From NCBI GenBank assembly GCA_002398515.1, contig DGZL01000138.1, positions 12,302 to 55,271 on the forward strand: a DNA stretch of 42,970 nt, written 5' to 3'. The notes beneath the pieces are model-generated. The model searched no databases, was not told the DNA's origin, and saw only the letters and a program-made list of their open reading frames with translations. The DNA comes from Firmicutes bacterium UBA4981. Lineage in GTDB: Bacteria > Bacillota > SHA-98 > UBA4971. The position numbers and the translations under genes were made by a program. This document shows positions 33,153 to 42,159 of the stretch, piece by piece (within the stretch, counting starts at the first letter, position 1; each line of letters begins with the position of its first letter).

Positions 33153-33190
33153 GGCCGATGGTTAAGAAACCATCGGCCTTATTACTTCTC
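33153..33190 (+). terminator. intrinsic terminator after ispH-S1
   Basis: GGCCGATGGTT (33153-33163), loop AAGA, AACCATCGGCC (33168-33178), then TTATTACTTCTC. Confidence 0.65.
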
Positions 33191-33276
33191 TAAGGAATAA
33201 CCCTTCTGAGATAGGGAAAAGCTATTTTCCAGGGTGTGGAAGAGAAACTGTTTCCATGGACGAAGGGGGCTTTAGC

Positions 33277-33972
33277 ATGACAGTAGGGCTCATTCTGCTG
33301 CTTGCAGTAAGTGTCGTGATTTTCCTTGGGTTTGCCCACAGGGTTCTCGATCGCATGCACCTTAATGACAAACAAGCCTTGATAGCTGTTTTACTGATTC
33401 TTGTCGGAGGCTTCGTCGACATTCCCATATATCGCGGTCTTTGGACAATTAGCCTCAATCTTGGGGGCTCAGTAATCCCTGTGATCATTGCAATATATGT
33501 ATTAAGCCGCGCTGATACCCCGTCTGAGACCAGACGAGGCATTCTCTCTGCGGTAGCAACAGGGGCAGCACTGGTAGCCATATCAAAGGTATTCACGTTC
33601 GAGGAAGGCAGAACCATAATTGACTCCATATACGTTTTCGGACTGGTAGCGGGAGCGATAGCATACTTACTCGGTAGATCCAGGCGTGCAGCGTTTGCAG
33701 GCGCAGTGTTAGGCGTTGTGCTCTTGGATATTGCCCATCTGGTGGAAGTAGTAATCAGGCGGATGCCGTCCACTGTAAACATAGGCGGCGCCGGAGCCTT
33801 TGACGCAGTAGTAATTGCCGGTATCATCGCCGTAGGCCTTGCGGAAATATTCGGAGAAACCATGGAACGACTGCAAGGGGGGCACATCCCTGACAGTAAA
33901 GGTAGAGCAGACAAGGTCCCGGAGGCTGTAAGCCGTGAAACGGAAACACTGAGCGAAGAGTCTGAAGAATAA
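33277..33972 (+). CDS. DUF1614-family integral membrane protein
   Basis: MTVGLILLLAVSVVIFLGFAHRVLDRMHLNDKQAL matches my recollection of the DUF1614 N-terminus. Polytopic. ATG 33277 follows GAAGGGGG. Confidence 0.5.
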   Translation: MTVGLILLLAVSVVIFLGFAHRVLDRMHLNDKQALIAVLLILVGGFVDIPIYRGLWTISLNLGGSVIPVIIAIYVLSRADTPSETRRGILSAVATGAALVAISKVFTFEEGRTIIDSIYVFGLVAGAIAYLLGRSRRAAFAGAVLGVVLLDIAHLVEVVIRRMPSTVNIGGAGAFDAVVIAGIIAVGLAEIFGETMERLQGGHIPDSKGRADKVPEAVSRETETLSEESEE

Positions 33973-33988
33973 GCGGGGGTATGAACAT

Positions 33989-35092
33989 ATGACCTGTATT
34001 AGGCATGAATGTCATCGCAGTCGGAGAAGTCGACTCTTACGTACAGCTCTCCTGATCACTGCTATTGTTACTGCAGTCTTAAGTTTGCTGTTACAAGGAG
34101 CTGCATTTGCCGAACATGAACTAGGTGAAGGTTACTACACTCTTGTTGATGAAGCTAACAATGAAATCTTTCATACTGCGATTGTGCTTCTGCCCGGCGA
34201 CGTGTTTATTAATGAAGACAACAGTGCTTATGAAGTTGTCAGAATTGACGGGCAAACAGCCCGCGCACGATTTACGGAAGCAGTTGCACTGGATAACGGA
34301 CATGAGGCTTCCGGAGAGAGTATGGTGTCTGTGTTATCCGGTATCGTAGGGAGTATCAGTAGGAGCATCAGTCAACTGTTCCTTGCCGGGCAGCAGCAAA
34401 CAGGCAAGACCGTGGTGCTCTACAATACACATAGCGATGAATCCTATGCACCTTCAAGCGGCACGTCGACAAAGGATTGGGGTGACGTTTACAAGGTTGC
34501 CGCTGCATTTGAGCAGGCTCTTAAGAAACACGGTCTTGATGTGGTAAGGTCTACTGATAATCATAATCCCCATGACGGCGGAGCATACACCCGTTCAAGG
34601 CGGACTTTGGCCCAGTTGATGAAGGAACGGCCTGTTGCCGCTTTTGATGTTCACAGAGACGCTGTTCCTGCTGAGGCCTATAGGGCTAGCGTACAAGGAG
34701 AGGACGTGACCAAGATAACACTGGTCATAGGTCAGCAAAACCAAACCAGAGGGCAGAATCTCAGCTTCGCAAAGAAGCTGAAATCAGCTGCTGATTCCAA
34801 TGCGCCAGGCCTCATTAAGGGGATTTTGTGGGCCCAAGGGAACTACAATCAAGATATGTTACCCAGAGCCGCATTAATGGAAGTAGGTGCACACACTAAT
34901 AGCCTGGAAGAAGCGGAAAGGGCTGTAGGGATTTTCGCATCTGCAGTTGCGCCCATAATATCGACAGCCGAATCTGTAAGCGGTCTTCAACAAGGCTCTC
35001 CCGGTAGATCCATAGTATGGGTTGTGGGCATAATCATTGTGGGCAGTGTGGGCTATGTTCTAATCAATTCCAGGAGACGCCAGAGGCAGTGA
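33989..35092 (+). CDS. spoIIP: stage II sporulation protein P
   Basis: Contains VVLYNTHSDESY, YTRSRRTLAQL, FDVHRDA, KITLVIGQQN, LSFAKKL, PGLIKGI, GNYNQDMLPRAALMEVGAHTNSLEEAERA. An N-terminal TM segment and an extra C-terminal TM segment are present. Confidence 0.75.
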   Translation: MTCIRHECHRSRRSRLLRTALLITAIVTAVLSLLLQGAAFAEHELGEGYYTLVDEANNEIFHTAIVLLPGDVFINEDNSAYEVVRIDGQTARARFTEAVALDNGHEASGESMVSVLSGIVGSISRSISQLFLAGQQQTGKTVVLYNTHSDESYAPSSGTSTKDWGDVYKVAAAFEQALKKHGLDVVRSTDNHNPHDGGAYTRSRRTLAQLMKERPVAAFDVHRDAVPAEAYRASVQGEDVTKITLVIGQQNQTRGQNLSFAKKLKSAADSNAPGLIKGILWAQGNYNQDMLPRAALMEVGAHTNSLEEAERAVGIFASAVAPIISTAESVSGLQQGSPGRSIVWVVGIIIVGSVGYVLINSRRRQRQ

Positions 35093-35157
35093 ACCAGGGA
35101 ATCTCTCTACAGCCTACAAAGCTTCGTTCAGGCAGGTAACGTGGGGGCGGGACGAGA

Positions 35158-35667
35158 GTGAAGGTAATATATTACTGTTACGGCAGTTCCCACTCGTCGG
35201 TGGTAGCTGCGGCCATCCATCTTGGAAATCTACCTGCCTGCACCATACCATGCTCGCGAGATATCATGAATTTGCCTTATTATGACAAGACAACCACGGA
35301 TCGACTCGGCACTTGTACATATATGGGGACTGATGATGCCGGATGCGACGTTTATGTCCTCGGTACGGGGCCGGCAAGAAGGATTGTAAGACGTGCGGTG
35401 GAAAGCATATTTCAACTTTGCGGAGTGTCAAGAGACTCATATATGCTTGTGGATACCTTGACATCAATAGGAGCCGTTACGAAAATAGGGGGGTTCCTCT
35501 CGAGAAGAATGGGCCTTACGCGAATTGGCAGGCCAATGACTATTTGGGGCATACGGCAAGCTTATCCTCAGCTTGCATCTATTGTCGCCGGAGTCAAATC
35601 AGATCCTCGCTATATGCAAACAATGGGCAAAAAGCCTGTCAACACTGAGTTGACTATAACGCGATAA
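35158..35667 (+). CDS. DUF3189-family protein
   Basis: MKVIYYCYGSSHSSVVAAAIHLGNLP matches my recollection of the DUF3189 N-terminus. GTG start follows GGGGGCGGGA. Confidence 0.45.
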   Translation: MKVIYYCYGSSHSSVVAAAIHLGNLPACTIPCSRDIMNLPYYDKTTTDRLGTCTYMGTDDAGCDVYVLGTGPARRIVRRAVESIFQLCGVSRDSYMLVDTLTSIGAVTKIGGFLSRRMGLTRIGRPMTIWGIRQAYPQLASIVAGVKSDPRYMQTMGKKPVNTELTITR

Positions 35668-35683
35668 TCGCCTCGTGGTGCAG

Positions 35684-35712
35684 TTGACACCGGATCCTCG
35701 GTATGGTACACT
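35684..35712 (+). promoter_or_regulatory. sigma-A-type promoter with TG-extended -10, upstream of the PrsA-like gene
   Basis: TTGACA (35684-35689), then 17 nt ending in TGG, then TACACT (35707-35712). Confidence 0.5.
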
Positions 35713-35751
35713 AAACCCGTTCTCGTGCAGCGTGTGAAAAGGGAGGAACCA

Positions 35752-36660
35752 ATGGTGAACAGTAAGAGCTCGCTTAGAGTAATCGCTATCATTGTAGTTG
35801 TAGGCCTTTTGATAATTGGAGCCTTATGGACTCATAATGACCTGAAAGCCGTTGCCAGAGTAAATTCGACAAACATCACGTGGAAGCAATTTAATGGTGC
35901 TTTGAAGAAGCAAAGCGGTAACCAGATGCTGGCCGGGTTGTTACGGGAAGAACTCATTAGGCAAGGGGCAAAACAGTGTAATATCACAGTCACCGACGAG
36001 GACGTTCAATCTGAAATGGACAAGCTGGCGGCCCAATTTGGATCTTCAGCCGGCCTTGAACAAGTCTTGTCCCAGTACGGGATGACTGTTGACGATCTAA
36101 GGGGACAGATTAAGAGTACGTTGTTACTTGAAGGCATAGCAGCAAAAGACGTGACAGTGGAAGAAGAAGAGCTGAAAACCTATTATGAGGACAACAAGGA
36201 TAAGTACACAGAACCCGAGCAGGTTAAGGCCAGACATATTTTGGTGGAGGATGAAGAGACAGCGAAAAGTATCCTAAAGCAGCTCGAGATGGGCGAAGAC
36301 TTTGCTGAAATTGCTAAAGAGAAGTCAACGGATTCAGGCTCGAAAGATAAAGGCGGTGACCTTGGATTCTTCGAAAAAGGCGTGATGGACGCCTCATTTG
36401 AAGAAGTTGCTTTCAGCCTTGGTATAGGTGAGACCAGCGCTCCGGTTGAGACAATGTTCGGTTATCACATAATCAGAGCCGAAGATAAGAAACCGGAGAG
36501 ACTCGTGCCTTTTGAAGAGGTGCGCGATGATGTTCGAAGACAAGTCACAAAGCAGAAGGCGAAGCTTACATCGACAGTGCTAACGGAACTGAAGGATGCG
36601 GCTCAGATCAAGATTAACGACAAAGAACTGGAAGACGCTATCTACAGCATAACATATTGA
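35752..36660 (+). CDS. prsA: peptidylprolyl isomerase, PrsA/SurA-like (parvulin domain)
   Basis: N-terminal TM/signal anchor and a SurA_N-like region. The parvulin core reads VKARHILVEDEETAK.I...L..GEDFAEIAKEKSTD.GSKDKGGDLGFF.KG.M...FEEVAFSL..GE.S.PVET.FGYHII. Confidence 0.8.
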   Translation: MVNSKSSLRVIAIIVVVGLLIIGALWTHNDLKAVARVNSTNITWKQFNGALKKQSGNQMLAGLLREELIRQGAKQCNITVTDEDVQSEMDKLAAQFGSSAGLEQVLSQYGMTVDDLRGQIKSTLLLEGIAAKDVTVEEEELKTYYEDNKDKYTEPEQVKARHILVEDEETAKSILKQLEMGEDFAEIAKEKSTDSGSKDKGGDLGFFEKGVMDASFEEVAFSLGIGETSAPVETMFGYHIIRAEDKKPERLVPFEEVRDDVRRQVTKQKAKLTSTVLTELKDAAQIKINDKELEDAIYSITY

Positions 36661-36738
36661 GTTGCTGCGCTAAGTCAGGCGCTGTTATTGGAAAAGATGA
36701 ATTGTGTCTGGCTTTTGAGGGCGCTGTTGGTTATTATG

Positions 36739-36766
36739 AGGAGGAGGGCTAGTCCCTCCTCTTGTC
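36739..36766 (+). terminator. hairpin after the PrsA-like gene (weak terminator, poor U-tract)
   Basis: GAGGAGGG (36741-36748), loop CTAGT, CCCTCCTC (36754-36761), then TTGTCG. Confidence 0.35.
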
Positions 36767-36857
36767 GTAAGAATATATATGGGACACTCAAGCCACTGTA
36801 TGTACAGGTAGGCCCATCACAGACCGGATTACGTCTATGCAAGAGGGGTGACCTTTT

Positions 36858-38183
36858 ATGTATGATCCCATAGTGGCTATTGTCGGCAGACCGAACGTAG
36901 GCAAATCTCAACTGTTTAACAGGATTCTAGGCACCCGCCATGCTATTGTCGAAGAGACCCCAGGGGTTACAAGGGACAGAGTTTACGCCCACGCTGAGTG
37001 GAGCGGAAGGACATTCACTCTTGTAGATACAGGCGGTATCTCTGCAGGACCTGCCGGCGATTCAATAGAAGAGATGACAATTGCCCAGACTGACATGGCA
37101 ATCAGTGAAGCTGATGTAGTTTGGTTTGTGGTGGATACAGCTTCAGGCTTAATGCCCCATGACTATGATGTTGCTGACGTCTTAAGGAGATCCGGACGCA
37201 AGGTGATAGTCGTTGCCAATAAGGCAGAGGGAGCGCGTTACGATCACCACATAGAATTCTACGCCTTAGGCCTTGGCCCGCCTCATCCTATCTCAGCCAC
37301 CCATGGGATAGGCATAGGAGATCTGCTTGACAAGACCCTGGAACTTTTGCCCCATATCTCCGCTGAGCCCGACGGACAGGATATTGAGGATGAATCAATA
37401 AGACTGGCAGTCCTTGGTCGTCCCAACGTTGGCAAATCGTCTCTGGTAAACTGCATCCTAGGGGAGGAGCGGGCTATAGTAACACCAATACCCGGCACGA
37501 CCCGGGATGCTTTGGACACGCCTTTTGTGTGGAACGATAGGGGTTTTGTGATAATCGACACTGCCGGGATTCGGCGGATGGCGAGGATTGACAGCCCTAT
37601 AGAACGCTACAGCGTGTTTCGTGCGCTTCGCGCAGCAGACAGGTGTGATGTAGCTTTCATTGTCTTGGATGCCTCGGAGATGCCTGCTTCCCAAGACGCA
37701 AGAATCGCGGGATATGTGGAAGAAGCAGGTCAAGGCATAATTATTGTGGCAAACAAATGTGATCTGATTAAAGGGGGCACGCAAGGGAGAGCTCATTTTG
37801 AACAGCGTACAAGGAGCGAAATGGCGTTCATATCATACGTGCCTATTCTTTTCGTGTCCGCCCTGAATAACAAGGGGATTTCCACATTAATGGAGGTTGC
37901 GGAGAAAGTGGCTTCGAATCATAGAAGGCGCATCGGCACTTCTGTTCTGAATGAGGTATTGAAAGAAGCCCAATTCAGAGTGGCGCCACCCCAAGACAAA
38001 GGCAGGCAGTTGAAGATATACTATGGCGCCCAGGTATCAACAAGCCCGCCTTCCTTTGCTCTCTTCATGAATTATCCTAACCTAATGACTTTCTCCTACA
38101 GACGCTACCTGGAAAACACTTTGAGGGAATCCTTTGACTTTCAAGGGGTTCCATTGAGATTCCTGCTCCGGAAAAGAGGATAG
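36858..38183 (+). CDS. der: ribosome-biogenesis GTPase Der (EngA), double G-domain
   Basis: Contains VAIVGRPNVGKSQLFNR and the second P-loop LAVLGRPNVGKSSLVN. DTGG/DTAG and NKAE/NKCD motifs are present, plus a KH-like C-terminus. Confidence 0.92.
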   Translation: MYDPIVAIVGRPNVGKSQLFNRILGTRHAIVEETPGVTRDRVYAHAEWSGRTFTLVDTGGISAGPAGDSIEEMTIAQTDMAISEADVVWFVVDTASGLMPHDYDVADVLRRSGRKVIVVANKAEGARYDHHIEFYALGLGPPHPISATHGIGIGDLLDKTLELLPHISAEPDGQDIEDESIRLAVLGRPNVGKSSLVNCILGEERAIVTPIPGTTRDALDTPFVWNDRGFVIIDTAGIRRMARIDSPIERYSVFRALRAADRCDVAFIVLDASEMPASQDARIAGYVEEAGQGIIIVANKCDLIKGGTQGRAHFEQRTRSEMAFISYVPILFVSALNNKGISTLMEVAEKVASNHRRRIGTSVLNEVLKEAQFRVAPPQDKGRQLKIYYGAQVSTSPPSFALFMNYPNLMTFSYRRYLENTLRESFDFQGVPLRFLLRKRG

Positions 38184-38203
38184 ACAGGGACGGAGGAGAA
38201 ATC

Positions 38204-38803
38204 ATGAAGTATGTAGGGGTTCTGGCAGCTATAGGTCTCAGTTACATTTTGGGGTCCATTCCTTTCGGGTATGTTATAGGCAGACTATTGACAGGTGAAG
38301 ACGTGCGAACTAAGGGCAGCGGCAATATAGGCGCCACTAATGTCCTTAGAGTATTAGGATGGGGTCCTGCGCTTCTTGTCATGTGTTGTGATCTTTCCAA
38401 AGGGGCCTTCAGTGTGTATTTGGGTATCCTGGCTCAAGGGACATTGGGCGGTGCATTGTGTGGCATGGCAGCTGCGTTAGGTGGCGCATACTCTGCATTC
38501 TTGGGATTTCAAGGTGGCAAAGGCATTGGAGTCGGAGGCGGGATTATCCTTGTTGCCATGCCCATGGTGGCTGCAGTTCTTGTCCCGGTGTGGGCAGGCG
38601 TCGTATGGCTTACAAGGTACGTATCCCTTGGGTCAATTACCGTAGCAGCGCTTGCGCCATTTGCAGCTTATGCATTGCACTACCCTCCTGAATATGTAGT
38701 CCTTGCTGCGACTATAGGTGGATTAGCCATATTGAAGCATCATTCAAATATCAGAAGACTCATATCCGGGAAAGAACGGAAGTTAGGAGAGAAAGCTGAG
38801 TGA
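38204..38803 (+). CDS. plsY: glycerol-3-phosphate acyltransferase PlsY
   Basis: Contains YILGSIPFGYVIGRL.TGEDVRTKGSGNIGATNVLRVLG and FQGGKG. Confidence 0.9.
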   Translation: MKYVGVLAAIGLSYILGSIPFGYVIGRLLTGEDVRTKGSGNIGATNVLRVLGWGPALLVMCCDLSKGAFSVYLGILAQGTLGGALCGMAAALGGAYSAFLGFQGGKGIGVGGGIILVAMPMVAAVLVPVWAGVVWLTRYVSLGSITVAALAPFAAYALHYPPEYVVLAATIGGLAILKHHSNIRRLISGKERKLGEKAE

Positions 38804-39852
38804 GACTAGGGATTATCGGTGCAGGGGGCTGGGGAACAGCTTTAGCGGTGTTGTTGGCTGAAGAAGGCCATACGGTAGACTTGTGGGCAAGGGAACAAGA
38901 AGTCACTGATGAAATAAATACATGCCGCACAAATGAAACGTTTTTGGAGGGAGTCTTTGTACCCGAGAATGTTCTTGCCACTTGTGACATGGAAAGAGTC
39001 ATCGAGATGAACCAGGTTCTCCTGATACCGGTTCCTGCTCAGCATATGCGGAGCGTGATTCGGAAGGCCAGACCGCATCTGACACGGAAACATGTCCTGA
39101 TTCATGCAGCCAAAGGTATTGAAGACGGAAGTTTAATGCGCATGTCAGAAGTAATAGAGCAAGAACTTCCCGCTGAGATTGCTAATAACGTAGGTGTTAT
39201 ATCCGGTCCGAGTCATGCCGAAGAAGTGGCTCGCAGAGTTCCCACTGCAGTTGTTGCTGCGTCTTGTCATATGCCCGTTGCGAAGCTGGCTCAAGAGGCT
39301 CTGATGTGTTCAACTTTCAGGGTCTATACCAGTAGTGATATCACCGGAGTGGAGCTGGGCGGGGCTTTGAAGAATGTAATCGCTTTAGCAACCGGGGTGT
39401 CTGACGGGCTTGGATTCGGCGATAATACACGGGCTGCCATTATGACCCGAGGTATTGCGGAGATTGTGCGGCTCGGGGCTGCCCTTGGAGCTAATCCCAT
39501 GACCTTTGCAGGCCTTTCAGGGATGGGTGACGTAATCGTAACATGCATGAGCATGTTATCAAGGAATAGGAGAGCAGGGATGGCAATAGCCAGGGGAAAG
39601 AGTGTTGACAAGATCCTGAGTTCCACAAGCATGGTAGTGGAAGGGATTACCACTACAAAGGCAGCAGTGGCCTTGTCAAAACGCTTCAATGTGGAAATGC
39701 CTATTGCCTCGACATTGTACGCCGTTCTTTTCGAAGGTCTGGATCCCAGAAAAGCAGTGGAAGACTTGATGCTCAGAATGCCTGTTCCCGAAACCAGGCT
39801 CAAGTTTGAACATATAAAGGATTCGTCAGACTTTCAACCGGGCTCACTTTAG
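38800..39852 (+). CDS. gpsA: NAD(P)H-dependent glycerol-3-phosphate dehydrogenase
   Basis: Contains LGIIGAGGWGTALAVLLAEEGH, GPSHAEEVA, ELGGALKNVIALA.G..DGLG.GDN..AA..TRG..E and GMGDVIVTC. GTG overlaps the plsY stop. Confidence 0.9.
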   Translation: MRLGIIGAGGWGTALAVLLAEEGHTVDLWAREQEVTDEINTCRTNETFLEGVFVPENVLATCDMERVIEMNQVLLIPVPAQHMRSVIRKARPHLTRKHVLIHAAKGIEDGSLMRMSEVIEQELPAEIANNVGVISGPSHAEEVARRVPTAVVAASCHMPVAKLAQEALMCSTFRVYTSSDITGVELGGALKNVIALATGVSDGLGFGDNTRAAIMTRGIAEIVRLGAALGANPMTFAGLSGMGDVIVTCMSMLSRNRRAGMAIARGKSVDKILSSTSMVVEGITTTKAAVALSKRFNVEMPIASTLYAVLFEGLDPRKAVEDLMLRMPVPETRLKFEHIKDSSDFQPGSL

Positions 39853-39923
39853 AGACATGATATGACAGGGGAGGGAGCTGGAATCATAAGGGCGTCAGAA
39901 TACGTCTTTCCAGCGCATAGAGG

Positions 39924-40289
39924 ATGGAATCAAACGGAATGAATTGGCCTGTTTTCATCGGGACTATAGTAGTAGGAGCTGTCAGTGCTTGGTGGATTTT
40001 CCGCGACGCCCGCGGACGGGATTACAACCCTGTAATCTGGGCAGTAGCATGCGTCTTCTCAGCTTTGACAGTAAGTGTTTTTGGAACTCTGGCTGTTGTA
40101 GTCATATACTTATTCTTGCGTCCCCGCGGAGAACTTTTCGCATGTCCTCACTGTTCTAAGAAGTATATCCATAATTTGGCCTTCTGCCCCCATTGCGGAA
40201 AGCCTGTAAAGAAGGAATGCTTGAAATGCCATGATCTCATGGAGCTTGACCAAGATGTGTGTCCTCATTGCGGAATGAGAAGTGCTTAG
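39924..40289 (+). CDS. membrane-anchored double zinc-ribbon protein (function unknown)
   Basis: Two TM segments, then CPHC-x13-CPHC and CLKC-x12-CPHC. The start is uncertain (ATG 39924 or 39939). Confidence 0.5.
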   Translation: MESNGMNWPVFIGTIVVGAVSAWWIFRDARGRDYNPVIWAVACVFSALTVSVFGTLAVVVIYLFLRPRGELFACPHCSKKYIHNLAFCPHCGKPVKKECLKCHDLMELDQDVCPHCGMRSA

Positions 40290-40474
40290 ATAAGACACAA
40301 AAGATTAAGTGACCAAGAATAAGTCGGAAGGAATAGATTCGCCGGCGTCGAACAATTAATGTGCTGTCGCCGGGCTGTACTCACGAGCAAGGCGCATTTT
40401 CCCCTTTGTGGTGATTCTCAGGCGGCGGAATGCACGTCGAAATTAGTTGCTGCCAGGGGATGGGGGGATTCTAC

Positions 40475-41362
40475 ATGGTCGACGGTATCGATAAGATAGA
40501 TATTCTAATTCACCAGCTGTCTCAACTTGAAGGAGATTTACATAGGCTCACGGGTGACAGACAAGACCTAGCCAGGGCTGAGGTTCAAAGCGTTAGGGTT
40601 GAGATCGTAGATCTTCTTATAGAAGCGCTTGATGAAGGAGATGTCTCCGCCAGGCGGGGGGCAGCCTATGGCCTCAGTAAACTGCCTGACAGCAAAGCCG
40701 TGGGTCTGTTGATTCGTGCTCTTGAGGACGAGGACGATTCAGTCAGGAGTTGGGCTTCAGAAGCGCTTGGCGAAATCCGGGATGAATCTTCATTGGAACA
40801 TCTTGTGAAAGCCTTGAGAGACGAGAATCCGTATGTGGCGTACAATATCACGAGAGCGATTATGAAATTCCCCAAGGGTCAAGTAGTTGAAGCTGTCAGT
40901 TGCGCGCTGGAAATCACTGATAGGAACACCCGTCGCAGAGCGGCAAAGCTCCTAGGAGAGCTGAGACATAAGAAATCCGTGTCGCGCTTGTCAGCTCTAT
41001 TAAGCGATCCTGATCCTGCAGTGAGATACGAAGCAGTTGAGGCCCTCCGAAAAATCGGCGACATTAAGGTGCTGGGACGCCTCATTTCCTGTCTGGGCGA
41101 TGAGTCAGTTGATGTTCGCTATGGCGCCATACAGGCCCTCCGAGCATTAGGGGATGAGCGGGCAGTTAAGCCTTTGGTGAGGATATGTCTTGAAAATGAG
41201 GACCTCAGGTCTTATGCGTTAGAAGCCATAAGAGAGCTATGCGGAGATGGGTCTACTAAGCCGGTGCTGGAAGCCCTCGACGAGATACAAGCACTTGTAT
41301 GTCAAGTCTCCCACCGTGTCTTGACCTTGCGAGAGAAATTCACCCGAAGAGCAAGCAGTTGA
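40475..41362 (+). CDS. HEAT-repeat (PBS-lyase-type HEAT) protein with an N-terminal coiled segment
   Basis: Repeats of about 31 aa are visible: RRGAAYGLSKL.DSKAVGLLIRALEDEDDSVR, SWASEALGEI.DESSLEHLVKALRDENPYV, RRRAAKLLGELRHKKSVSRLSALLSDPDPAVR, YEAVEALRKIGD.KVLGRLISCLGDESVDVR, YGAIQALRALGDERAVKPLV. ATG 40475 lies 6 nt after GGGGGGA; the longest ORF starts at 40430. Confidence 0.7.
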   Translation: MVDGIDKIDILIHQLSQLEGDLHRLTGDRQDLARAEVQSVRVEIVDLLIEALDEGDVSARRGAAYGLSKLPDSKAVGLLIRALEDEDDSVRSWASEALGEIRDESSLEHLVKALRDENPYVAYNITRAIMKFPKGQVVEAVSCALEITDRNTRRRAAKLLGELRHKKSVSRLSALLSDPDPAVRYEAVEALRKIGDIKVLGRLISCLGDESVDVRYGAIQALRALGDERAVKPLVRICLENEDLRSYALEAIRELCGDGSTKPVLEALDEIQALVCQVSHRVLTLREKFTRRASS

Positions 41363-41424
41363 CGCAGTGAATTTCCTGGTGTCTCATTGTCTTGCATGCG
41401 CTTGCACTTCTATCCGAGTGTTTG

Positions 41425-41433
41425 TGCTATAAT
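41425..41433 (+). promoter_or_regulatory. extended -10 element (TGCTATAAT) upstream of mgtC-like gene
   Basis: TG at 41425-41426 and TATAAT at 41428-41433. The nearest good -35 hexamer (TTGCAC, 41402-41407) is 20 nt away, so it would rely on the extended -10. Confidence 0.35.
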
Positions 41434-41484
41434 TAAATTTGACTGAAAATACCTCTGAGTTTCAAGTGATCGTGGGGTGAGTGT

Positions 41485-42150
41485 GTGATCTCCCAGGGAG
41501 AGGTAATTCTAAGACTTGTCGTTGCTACTGCATTCGGCGGGCTGATCGGACTTGAACGAGAGAGTCATAAACGGCCTGCAGGCTTCAGAACTCATATCCT
41601 GGTATGTGTCGGATCAGCTCTCATAATGGTAATTTCTCAATACGCTTTCTTGGAGTTTTCAGGCAAGCTAGGGTATGATCCGGGGCGGATCGCAGCTCAA
41701 GTAATTAGCGGGATAGGTTTTCTCGGGGCAGGCACCATCCTTCGGGAAGGCTCAACGATTAAGGGGCTGACAACTGCAGCAAGCCTTTGGGTCGTGGCAG
41801 GGATAGGATTGGCTGTCGGCACAGGGTTTTACGTACCCGGTGCAGTAACTACAGGCCTTGTCGTTGTGGTGCTTGTGGTATTTGATCGTTTTGAGCGAAG
41901 ATTCATGCTGTCAAAACGTGATACCCTTTTCGTGCAGGTAAGCGACAGGCCGGGACAGTTAGGCGCTATTGCATCGGTATTGGGCAGATATGGGGTAAGT
42001 ATAAAAGAAGTAGATATGGAAACCCTGGGGAAAGGACATGAAGCTGCTATTCATCTCAGCCTTGAAGTGCCATTCTCAGTGCCTAAAGACAGATTACTGG
42101 ATGAAATCACTGAAGTCGACGGCGTGATTCATGTAGGTTATGAGGAGTGA
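41485..42150 (+). CDS. mgtC: MgtC/SapB-family membrane protein with a C-terminal ACT-like domain
   Basis: Contains FGGLIGLERE...RPAGFRTHILVCVGSAL and GIGFLGAGTILREGSTIKGLTTAASLWVVAGIGLAVG. The C-terminal soluble domain reads FVQVSDRPGQLGAIASVLGRYGVSIKEVDME. Confidence 0.8.
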   Translation: MISQGEVILRLVVATAFGGLIGLERESHKRPAGFRTHILVCVGSALIMVISQYAFLEFSGKLGYDPGRIAAQVISGIGFLGAGTILREGSTIKGLTTAASLWVVAGIGLAVGTGFYVPGAVTTGLVVVVLVVFDRFERRFMLSKRDTLFVQVSDRPGQLGAIASVLGRYGVSIKEVDMETLGKGHEAAIHLSLEVPFSVPKDRLLDEITEVDGVIHVGYEE

Positions 42151-42159
42151 GCGCTCTCC

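Noticed and set aside
33222-33914. 230-aa minus-strand ORF.
   Set aside because: It is the antisense shadow of the DUF1614 membrane gene. Its Ala/Pro/Ser/Thr-rich composition is what the reverse complement of a hydrophobic membrane gene produces. It has no start context.
36688-36873. 61-aa plus-strand ORF between the PrsA-like gene and der.
   Set aside because: It spans the terminator-like hairpin at 36739-36766 and runs into the der start. It has no RBS and an Arg/Cys/Leu-rich composition.
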